Positions 26,957 to 35,517 of a stretch of 56,259 nucleotides of DNA are shown one piece after another (position 1 is the stretch's first letter; the number at the start of each line of letters is the position of its first letter). A program made the translations under genes and the position numbers. The DNA lies in assembly GCA_023511675.1 (NCBI GenBank), contig JAIMBC010000003.1, positions 1 to 56,259 of the forward strand, in the 5' to 3' direction. The stretch is from Pirellulales bacterium (GTDB lineage: Bacteria; Planctomycetota; Planctomycetia; Pirellulales; JAIMBC01). The notes beneath the pieces were generated by a model. That model saw only the letters and a list, made by a program, of their open reading frames with translations, was not told the origin of the DNA and searched no databases.

Positions 26957-28033
26957 TTACGCCGCGATACAACGATAGGTAAACCAGCGTCCCTCGCAGG
27001 GCGGGCCGAAACTCAGGTGTAGCAGGCGTGCGGCCGGTTCCGCGATCAGGCAGGAGACGGTTTCCCAGTCCGCCCCGTGCGCGGCATGGCGGCAGATCGG
27101 CTCTGGCCGCGTGGTGTGGTCCGCCAGCAGCTCTTTTATCAGCTCGAGACTGATTGCCCCGCGGCGGTCGGCCAGCGAATGGCTGAGCCAGGCCTGTCGC
27201 TGGGCCGAACCGGGCATGGGCAGAGTGTGCGGCTCATGTGCCGCCAGCTCGGGGCTGAGGCAGTTGTTGGCGTGTGCGAGGAGACCCTGCTGGCAGCTCA
27301 GCACCTGTGTGCCTTCGGGAAGCACTTCCAGGTTGAACACGGCTCCGTCGGCGTCGGCAATCAGATAGTTGCCTGGGGCTGCCGCCGGCAAGGCGGCCAC
27401 GCGCTCCGCAGCTTGCTGAGCCGATTCACACTCGAGAATCAGACGCCGCACCAGAGGGGGCGCCATCCAGGTACGGCCGGAACGGCTCCACAGAGAGTTC
27501 GCAAACACGCAAACCCCGCAACTATTCATGCCCACTCCCCCCAACTCTCCGGCCACACAATGCATGAGCATGGCCGGCCGGCCCTCCGGGCGAAGCAGGC
27601 CCACGAACATGCGGCTGCGATATGCTGGCGCCAGGTCGCGATTCTGTCCCACGAGCAAGCGGCCGTCCGCCGTGGTTTCTGCCAGGGCTGCAAAGGACGT
27701 ACAGCCCCCGACCAACTCGCCGCTGCCCGGCCGCACTTGCAAGGCAGCCGCTTCGGCCAGCGAGATGCCGGCCCCGTGCGCCAGCCCCCGCAGCTCGTCG
27801 ATCCAGTGGGGTGCCATGGCCTCGATCTGGCCAAGTTGGCCCTCGGCCCAGCAACACGCCTCTTGCTGGCTGAGGCCCGAAGCGGCGGCATGGCGCCAGA
27901 TCGCATCGAGCTGCTCGCGAATCAACCGCCGCACCCGCACTCCATGCGCCCGGCCGACATCCCACGCATCGCCGGCAAGCTCCAGGTAGTCAAACTCGAA
28001 CTTGGGTTCAGACGGATAGAGAGGCGGAAGCAT
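26957..28033 (-). CDS. Peptidase C45 / acyl-CoA:6-APA acyltransferase family (Ntn hydrolase)
   Basis: G..HG leader, DELRGLAHGAG, G|CTSF autoprocessing Cys, LVGQNRD, GMNSCGV, NYLIAD, HANN, ICRH. No signal peptide. Confidence 0.88.
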   Translation of the reverse strand: MLPPLYPSEPKFEFDYLELAGDAWDVGRAHGVRVRRLIREQLDAIWRHAAASGLSQQEACCWAEGQLGQIEAMAPHWIDELRGLAHGAGISLAEAAALQVRPGSGELVGGCTSFAALAETTADGRLLVGQNRDLAPAYRSRMFVGLLRPEGRPAMLMHCVAGELGGVGMNSCGVCVFANSLWSRSGRTWMAPPLVRRLILECESAQQAAERVAALPAAAPGNYLIADADGAVFNLEVLPEGTQVLSCQQGLLAHANNCLSPELAAHEPHTLPMPGSAQRQAWLSHSLADRRGAISLELIKELLADHTTRPEPICRHAAHGADWETVSCLIAEPAARLLHLSFGPPCEGRWFTYRCIAA

Positions 28034-28314
28034 GTGTCATGTATACGGAGGAGTAGGTAACCCGCGGAACCAGCACGTCGGCCATGCTCAGGCGTTCCGT
28101 TGGCGCTATGGCTTGAGCACCGGGCGGCCGCTGGGGGCAGCCAGCATCTGCTCCAGTATAGCGACTTTGCGTTTCATCGCCGCTACGCCGGCGGTTCGGC
28201 TGCGTTCATCCAGGCTCGGCGGGGGCAGATCAGCGTCCCGAGCGGCGCATGACCCTCGGGCCCACGGCCTGGCTGCCGCGTCGGGCCGTGAGAGCGCTGA
28301 TATGGCCGCTGCTG

Positions 28315-31300
28315 TTACTGGGCCTCTGCAGGCAGTGGCACGAGATGCACGGCTGCATCGGTGCAAGCCGCCGCCACTCGATCTGCTTGGGGATGATAGG
28401 CGGCGTAATAGGCCACAGCAGGCAGGCGGTGTGAGAACAGCGGCTTGCCCTCGGCGGCATCCCAGACGTGCAGGTGGCCGGCATAGCCGCAGGAGAGCAG
28501 GCGTGTGCCCTGGGGATTGAACACCACACGGTAGATGTGGTCTGTGTGGCCCGTACCGGACCAGCGCAGCTCGCTGGTGGCTACATCCCAGACGCGCACG
28601 GTCTTGTCCAGGCCGCCGGCGGCCAGCAGTCGGCCATCCGGGCTGAAGCAGACGGTGTACACGGGTGCCGCGGGGCCGGGGAGCCGTTTCAGTTCGCTGC
28701 CGGTGGAGGCGTCCCAAATGCGCACCGTGGTATCGGCGCCGCCGGAGGCGAGGAGGGTTCCGTCCGGGCTATAGGCCACAGTATAGACGCTTCCCTGATG
28801 GCCGGTGATCTGCCGCACCTGATTGCCGGTGGAGGTGTCCCAGATGCGGATGGTTTGGTCGGCACTCGCGGAGGCGGCCAGCGGCGATTGGGGCGCAAAG
28901 GCCACGGCATAAACGGGACCGCCGTGCCCTGCAAGCGTGCGTACTGCCTGAGGGCTGGCCTCCAGCCATTCCTTGACGGAGCTGCCGCTGGCAGAGTAAA
29001 GCGTCTTGTTATCGGGAGCGATGGCGACGGCGGCGATAGGTGCAGCATCGGTGAAGTCGTCCAGCAGCCTGCCCTGCTGACTTTGGAAGACGCGGAGATG
29101 GCCATCGTCTCCGCCTGCCAGCAGGCGGCTATTGTCCTGGCTGTAGGCCAGCGTGCGCACGGCCGCTGGCGTCTGGAGCTGCTGGATGAGTTCGCCGCCC
29201 GGGGTCCAGACATAGACCGTGCGGTTCGCGGAGCCGGCGGCAATCTGCTGGCCGTCGGGCCTGGCTGCGAGCGCAAAGAGCGGCCCTTCGGCCCCCTCCA
29301 GCAAACGGTTCTGATTGCCGTTGCCGTCGAAGGAGCGCACACGGCCGTCCTCGCCGGCGGCAGCCAGTGAGCCGTCCGGCAGCCAGGCCACGGCATTCAC
29401 GGGGCCGGGGCCGCAGGCAAGGGCGCGCAGCGCGCAGGTGCGTCTCAACCAGAGCGTGCCGTCTGCGGCGGCTGTTGCCAGCGTCCGGTTGTCATCGGCC
29501 CAGTGCACCGCCAGCGCGCCCATGCTGCCTGCCTCAAACTGCTCAAGGGAAAGGCCCGTTGATGGATCCCAGATCCGCACCAAACCATCGTCCGCGGCTG
29601 TGGCGAGCCGCTGGTTGTCTGGCGAGAATTTCAGTGCCGCTACGTTACCACCATGTGCCAGCCGCAGTGGTTCCGGCGGACCACCCTCGCGGGTCAGCTC
29701 GGCCACGTTCCACACGAGCACCTCCTTGCCCACGGCGACGGCCACACGCCCTCCATCACGCGAGACAGCTACGCGGCCCGGCTGGCCCCCCGCAAGCTGC
29801 ACGGCGGCCAGTACGCTGCCGTCTGCCGCATTCCACATCACCAGCCGACCGTCCTGCCCGGCCGAGACCAGCCGAGAGCCATCCGCAAACCAGGCCACGC
29901 CGCTTGCACCACCCTTGTGGCCAGACAACAGCATGGCGAGCGAGGTGGCAACCAGCCGAGCGCCGCCGTCCGCCGTGCTGGCCAGCAGCCAGCGATTGTC
30001 TGGTGCAAAGGCCACGTTGCGCACCGCCGCCGGAAACTCGAAGCGTTCCAGCAAGCGTGCGTCCTGGCTGGCGTAGAGCCGCAGTTCGCCGTTCTCGCAT
30101 CCGGCGGCAAACTTGTTTCCGTCGGGCGAGTAAGCCAGTGCCGTGATGCCGGCGGAGGCGCTTCGGCGCACAGCCTCCCCCGGCTGGGCCAGATTCCAGC
30201 GGAAGATGGTCCGGCCGCCAGCCGCCGCAAGTTCGGCTCCGCCGGGCCGCACGGCTAACGCGGCCAGCGGCGTATCGCCCGCCTCGAACTGCTGTACGGG
30301 GCTGCCCGCAACGTCGAACAGGCGCACACGGCCGTCGTCCCCCGCCGTGACAAACCTCGTGTCGTCCAGCCAGGCCACGGCCCCGCAGACCGATCGATGC
30401 GCTGCCACTGCCAGCTCGCAGGCCAGAGGCGTCACTGCGGCCGTACGATCCGCGGCAGCAGAGAAGAGCGTATTGCCCACGGCCGCCACGCCCAGCACCG
30501 GACCGCTGTGCCGCCCAACACGCTCCAGCTCGCGCCGCTGCGTCAGACTCCAAACGTGCACGGCACCGTCTTCACACGCAGCTGCAAGACGGTCGGGTTC
30601 GCGGAGTACTGCCAGCCCCTTCACCGGGGCTGGCAGCTCTAGGATCGCCTCCTGCTTGCCGAACGCCGCCGCCTGCGGATCCGCCAAGTTCCAGATGTGC
30701 AGCTTGCTGCCGGCCCCGCACAGCAGACGCTGGCCGTCGTGGCTCCATGCCACGCACGCGGCAGCCTCGCCTGCGTTCAGATTGGCCACTGCCTCCCCCT
30801 GCGCCAGGCTCCACACCCGCACCAAACCATCGGCCCCCGCGCTGGCGAGGCGCGACCCATCAGGCAGGTACGCCACACTCGATGCACCACCCTCATGTGT
30901 GCCAAGCACGGCAAGCAAAGACACCGCCAGCAGCCGGGCTTGATCGGCTCCGCCGGCCAGCACGGTCTTGCCGTCCGGCGCCATGGCAACGGTCATCAAA
31001 GGCGCAGTGCCGGCGCGAAGTTCTTCCAGCAAGTGGCCAGACGGAATCTCGAACACGCGCACCCGGCCATCTGCCAAGGCAGCCGCCAATCGTTCCCCTG
31101 AGGTTTTGAAGGCCAGGCCGACACACACCTGGGGAAGCTGCCAGCGCTGTACGGGTTGGCCTGTGCCTGTGTGCCACACCTGAACCGTCTCTCCGCTGGC
31201 CGCGGCGGCCAGACTGCCCGTCGGGGCAACCGCAACTGCGGCAATGGGACCTTCCAGGCCTTCCAGCGGCGTGCCTGCGGCGGCATCCGGGGGCCAGAGC

Positions 31301-34300
31301 AACACAGGCCCCTCTGCGCCGGCCGACACGATGGCCTCGCTGTCGGGCAGCCACGCGGCACGGGCTGGCCCTTGCTTCAAGGCGAGCACACGTTGAGCCG
31401 TGCGGGGCCAGAGGCGCACGGTACGATCGGCAGATGCTGATGCTACCCAACGGCCGTCGGCAGAGAGTGAGATTCCCAGCACGGCCGCGGCATGGCCCCG
31501 CAGGCGTTCGAGCGGCTGTCCCGTGGCGAGGTCGAAAATGGCGATGGACGCATCATCCAATGGGGCCAGCACCGTGTGGCCGGCGGAATCTACGGCCACA
31601 CCGCGGGGGACGGTATCCAGCGAAAGAGAGACCGGGGGCGTCTGCGGGTGGCTGAGATCCCACGCCAGCAACTGGCGTGCTTCGCTGGCTGCGGCCAGCA
31701 GCTTGCCGTTGTTTGCGGCGGCCAGGCCAGTTACAGTCGCGGAGGCGGTCAACTCAGCGATCGGCTGCGCGGCTGTGCGCGACCAGAGTCGCACTGTGCC
31801 GTCTGCGCCGGCAGTGGCAAGCTGTTGATCATCGAGCCAGGCGAGGCTGGTGGCAGCACCCTGGTGAGCGGAGTAAAGCGCCAGCAACGAGCGGGTGAAG
31901 ATGCGGACATGGCCGTCGGCTCCGCCCACGGCGATGTTGCGGTCGCTAGCAGCCAGGGCGGTGCAGCGCTGGGAGACGTTGGGCGTGGCAAACGTTTCTT
32001 CCAGGCGGCCGTCGCGGGAAACGACGCGCAGCAGGCCATCGGCGCATGCCAGGGCCAAACTGCCCTGGCCGCAGAAGGAGATTCCAGCAATATCAGCCGG
32101 CTGGGGGGGCAGGCTTGCCCCGGCAGCGCCGTCTGCCAGCCGCCACAGACGCACCACGCGATCGGCCCCGGCGGTTGCGGCCATTTCTTCACCGGCTGCC
32201 AGGTTTGTCAGACCGGCTCCATGGGCTGCGTTCCACGCAGGCGTGCCCTGAGCGTCGAACGTGCGCAGGCTGCCATCCGCAAGACCAACCAGCAGCCACT
32301 GTCTCGCGGCATACCTGACTTGGACCACAGGAGCGCCCAGAGCGTCGAGTTTGCGCAGCAAGGTTCCGTCGGCCAGCCGAAACACCGCCGCGGTTCCGTC
32401 GGCTCCACCGGCACAGATCTGATCTGCCGCGAGTGCCAGCGAGGTGAACTCGGCCTCATGTCCCGTACACTGAAGCACCTGCTGGAATGTGGCGGCATCC
32501 CACACACGCACGGTGCGGTCGGTGCTGCAAGTTACGATGCGGGCTGCATCCTGGCTCCAGGCCACGCCGGTTACGGGACCTGCATGGCCGCTCAACGTAC
32601 CGGCGGCCTCTCCCGTGTTGAGATTCCATACCTTCACCATGTGGTCGGCTGAGGCGGTGGCCAATAGCTTCTGATCGGGACTGGCGGCCATGACCAGAAT
32701 GGGCTGGCTATGGCCGGAGAGGAGTTGCGGGGCGACGGGCAGGCTCCACAAGCGCAGCGTGCCGTCTTCTCCCACAGAGGCCAGCACTCCCCCGCGTGGC
32801 GAGAAGGCCAGCGACCGCACCGCGCCTACATGACCAGCGAGGCTATAGCGATCCGCGCCGTCGGCAAGGCTCCACAGCCTGATCATGCCCGTGGCGCTCC
32901 CAGCCGCCAGGAGCGTCTCATCGCCGCTGGCGGCCAGCGACGTCACAGCACCGTTTTGTCCCTCGAACGCGCGCACCTGTTGCCCACTGGCTGCGTCCAG
33001 CAACCGGACCGTCTGATCGAGTCCACCGGAGACGACGTGGGTCCCTCCCCCCAGCACGACCACGGCCGTGGCCTGATCTGCATGGACCTGCCACGACCTC
33101 GCGGCTGCAAGCGGCAGCTCCCAGATGCGCAGGCTGCCGTCGGCCGACGCAGAGAGCAAGCGCGTGCCCGCCCCGTTGTACGACAGGCTATGCACCGCCC
33201 CTGCGGGGCTATGGAACTCTGCCAGCGGCGCGCCTTCGAAGTTCCAGAGGCGAATCTGCCCTGCCTGATCGGCAGTGGCAAGCTGAGGCTGCGCGGGATG
33301 GAACGCTGCTGCCGTGACGCCCTGCCCGTGAGCCTCCCAGGCACGAAGCTGGCTGCCATCGGCCAGCCTCCAAAGTCGCAGCACGCGGTCTGCGCCGGAC
33401 GTGCAGGCCAACTCTCCAGTGGGGCTGATGGCCGCCACCGTCACAGGCTGGGCATGGCCGCTGAGGACGCGCGGCGCGGTGGGGAGCTGCCACAGACGAA
33501 CGGTGCCATCGTCCGCCGCGGTCGCTAGGCCCTGGCCTTGCGGATGAAACGCCAGTCCCCGAACGGACGCGCCCCAGGCAAGCTGGAGCCGATCTGCCCC
33601 GTCGCCCGCGTTCCAGAACTGTATCACGCCATTGCTGCCGGCAGCGGCAAGCAAGCCGCCGTCTGGACTCACCGCCACCGCCCCTACGGCGCCTGGGACG
33701 TTATTGTACTGTCGCAGAGGCTGACCACTCGCAGCGTCGAAGGCGCGCACCGTCTGGTCCAAACTGCCTGTGTATGCCACCTGGCCCCCAGGCGCAGCAG
33801 CCACACAGGTCACCTGATCGGTGTGCCCAGACAAGCTGCGCGGCACGCTCTGGGGCAGGCGCCATAGCCGCACGGTTCCATCCCCGCTGGCGGAGACAAG
33901 TTGCTGCGAGTTGCCATGCCACGCTAACGACGTAACAGCCCCCCCTGCTGCGGTGAAGGCATGGAGCACGGCACCATCCTGGGTCTGAAGCAGGCGAATA
34001 TTGCCGGCTGCATCGCCACTGGCCACCAAGGCATTGTCTCGTCGAAAGGCCAGCGCCGTGATGGGCTGCGCTTGTGGAGTCAGTTCTCGCACGATCTGGC
34101 CATTGGCGGCATTCCAGAGCCGCAGCTTGCCATCCGCCGTGCCGGTGACAGCCCACTGGCCGTCCGCACTGAGACAGGCCCTGGCTTCTGCCGCGTCATG
34201 CCCTGCCAGCTCTCGCGGAGCTTGCGGCAGTTGCCAGATGCGCACAAAGCCATCCGCACCCGTGGTGGCAAGCTGCTGGTTGTTGGGGTGGATGGCCACG

Positions 34301-35352
34301 TCCGTGACCGCGCCGAGATGCGCCGCGAGCATCTGACGGTCGCTGCCGTCTGCCGCATTCCAAAGCTTGACATGCCCCGTTTGGCTCCCAGACGCCAACA
34401 ACCCGCCATCAGATGACACGGCCAGCACAGCCGGCTGGCCGGGCTGGCCCGCATAGCTGCGCGTGATCTGACCCGAGCTGTCCGTGGCGCGCACCTCTCC
34501 CGCGGCCGTGGCCGTGTACACCGCCTGCCCGTTCGGGGCGAAAGCCATGGCACGCAACTCGCCCGCGTGCACGGGAAGTTGTGTGGGAGGCATCTGCGGT
34601 AGCTGCCAGATCCGCGCCGCGCCGTCGCTACCGGCCGATGCCAACAGCGCGTTGTTCGGGCCATATGCCAGACTGGAGACCCTTCCGCCGGGGCTGAACA
34701 ATGCTGCCATCTGCCGGCCGTCGGCGGGGTTCCATACCTGGATGCGGCCTGTCGCATCTGCCGAGGCCACCTCGGCACCATCGCGGCGGTAGGCGGCGGC
34801 GGTAACTGCAGCACTGTGCCCCTCGTACAGCAGCAGGGTGCTTCCCTCTGCACGCTGCCAGAGACGCAACGTGTGGTCGGCACTGCCGGTGACGGCGAGG
34901 GAGCCGTCTGGGCTGAGTGCCAGGCAGGTGATGGTCTGCTGGTGCCCCTGCCAGACGGCCAGGGGGTGGGGCACCAACATGTCCCACAGCCGCAGCGTGT
35001 TGTCTCGAGAGCCGGTGAGCAGCCGCGTTCCGTCGCTGGAAAGCGCCAGGCAAAGGACCTGGCCCTGATGGCCTTCCAGCGTGCGCAGGGTGGCGCCGGT
35101 GGCGACATCGAAGATGCGGACCGTGTTGTCGAAGCTGCCGCTGACCAGCAGTTCGCCGCTGGCAGCGAACTCGGCGGCGCTCACGCTGCTGGAGTGGCCC
35201 ACGTACTTCTCGGGCGGCTGACCGCCCGCCGGTTGGGCCAGCAAGGCAGGGGCCGCCGCCAGCAGCGTGCCAAACAGGGCTGCCACCGTGTGCAGAGGCC
35301 GTGCGCCTCGACGATCGTATGGGAGCAAGCAGGGAGGATGTGCAGGGGTCAT
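28315..35352 (-). CDS. Giant exported WD40-repeat protein (2345 aa, 56 blades by manual count)
   Basis: Signal peptide (VAALFGTLLAAAPALLA-Q) followed by uninterrupted GH...SPDG..L.SGS.D.TVR.WD repeats to the C-terminus. Confidence 0.93.
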   Translation of the reverse strand: MTPAHPPCLLPYDRRGARPLHTVAALFGTLLAAAPALLAQPAGGQPPEKYVGHSSSVSAAEFAASGELLVSGSFDNTVRIFDVATGATLRTLEGHQGQVLCLALSSDGTRLLTGSRDNTLRLWDMLVPHPLAVWQGHQQTITCLALSPDGSLAVTGSADHTLRLWQRAEGSTLLLYEGHSAAVTAAAYRRDGAEVASADATGRIQVWNPADGRQMAALFSPGGRVSSLAYGPNNALLASAGSDGAARIWQLPQMPPTQLPVHAGELRAMAFAPNGQAVYTATAAGEVRATDSSGQITRSYAGQPGQPAVLAVSSDGGLLASGSQTGHVKLWNAADGSDRQMLAAHLGAVTDVAIHPNNQQLATTGADGFVRIWQLPQAPRELAGHDAAEARACLSADGQWAVTGTADGKLRLWNAANGQIVRELTPQAQPITALAFRRDNALVASGDAAGNIRLLQTQDGAVLHAFTAAGGAVTSLAWHGNSQQLVSASGDGTVRLWRLPQSVPRSLSGHTDQVTCVAAAPGGQVAYTGSLDQTVRAFDAASGQPLRQYNNVPGAVGAVAVSPDGGLLAAAGSNGVIQFWNAGDGADRLQLAWGASVRGLAFHPQGQGLATAADDGTVRLWQLPTAPRVLSGHAQPVTVAAISPTGELACTSGADRVLRLWRLADGSQLRAWEAHGQGVTAAAFHPAQPQLATADQAGQIRLWNFEGAPLAEFHSPAGAVHSLSYNGAGTRLLSASADGSLRIWELPLAAARSWQVHADQATAVVVLGGGTHVVSGGLDQTVRLLDAASGQQVRAFEGQNGAVTSLAASGDETLLAAGSATGMIRLWSLADGADRYSLAGHVGAVRSLAFSPRGGVLASVGEDGTLRLWSLPVAPQLLSGHSQPILVMAASPDQKLLATASADHMVKVWNLNTGEAAGTLSGHAGPVTGVAWSQDAARIVTCSTDRTVRVWDAATFQQVLQCTGHEAEFTSLALAADQICAGGADGTAAVFRLADGTLLRKLDALGAPVVQVRYAARQWLLVGLADGSLRTFDAQGTPAWNAAHGAGLTNLAAGEEMAATAGADRVVRLWRLADGAAGASLPPQPADIAGISFCGQGSLALACADGLLRVVSRDGRLEETFATPNVSQRCTALAASDRNIAVGGADGHVRIFTRSLLALYSAHQGAATSLAWLDDQQLATAGADGTVRLWSRTAAQPIAELTASATVTGLAAANNGKLLAAASEARQLLAWDLSHPQTPPVSLSLDTVPRGVAVDSAGHTVLAPLDDASIAIFDLATGQPLERLRGHAAAVLGISLSADGRWVASASADRTVRLWPRTAQRVLALKQGPARAAWLPDSEAIVSAGAEGPVLLWPPDAAAGTPLEGLEGPIAAVAVAPTGSLAAAASGETVQVWHTGTGQPVQRWQLPQVCVGLAFKTSGERLAAALADGRVRVFEIPSGHLLEELRAGTAPLMTVAMAPDGKTVLAGGADQARLLAVSLLAVLGTHEGGASSVAYLPDGSRLASAGADGLVRVWSLAQGEAVANLNAGEAAACVAWSHDGQRLLCGAGSKLHIWNLADPQAAAFGKQEAILELPAPVKGLAVLREPDRLAAACEDGAVHVWSLTQRRELERVGRHSGPVLGVAAVGNTLFSAAADRTAAVTPLACELAVAAHRSVCGAVAWLDDTRFVTAGDDGRVRLFDVAGSPVQQFEAGDTPLAALAVRPGGAELAAAGGRTIFRWNLAQPGEAVRRSASAGITALAYSPDGNKFAAGCENGELRLYASQDARLLERFEFPAAVRNVAFAPDNRWLLASTADGGARLVATSLAMLLSGHKGGASGVAWFADGSRLVSAGQDGRLVMWNAADGSVLAAVQLAGGQPGRVAVSRDGGRVAVAVGKEVLVWNVAELTREGGPPEPLRLAHGGNVAALKFSPDNQRLATAADDGLVRIWDPSTGLSLEQFEAGSMGALAVHWADDNRTLATAAADGTLWLRRTCALRALACGPGPVNAVAWLPDGSLAAAGEDGRVRSFDGNGNQNRLLEGAEGPLFALAARPDGQQIAAGSANRTVYVWTPGGELIQQLQTPAAVRTLAYSQDNSRLLAGGDDGHLRVFQSQQGRLLDDFTDAAPIAAVAIAPDNKTLYSASGSSVKEWLEASPQAVRTLAGHGGPVYAVAFAPQSPLAASASADQTIRIWDTSTGNQVRQITGHQGSVYTVAYSPDGTLLASGGADTTVRIWDASTGSELKRLPGPAAPVYTVCFSPDGRLLAAGGLDKTVRVWDVATSELRWSGTGHTDHIYRVVFNPQGTRLLSCGYAGHLHVWDAAEGKPLFSHRLPAVAYYAAYHPQADRVAAACTDAAVHLVPLPAEAQ

Positions 35353-35517
35353 GGCAAGGTGCCTGCGAGGGGTCCGATCAAAGGTAGCATGGGTCGGGCA
35401 GACAAGTGTCTCGGCGGGTAGTTGCTGGCGGCGTTGGGGCCCGGCATCGGCCGACTAGCAGCCGCCAGCCGGGGAAAGATGGGTTGGTGTCTGGGGCGGG
35501 CGTGGCATGCGAGGTGC

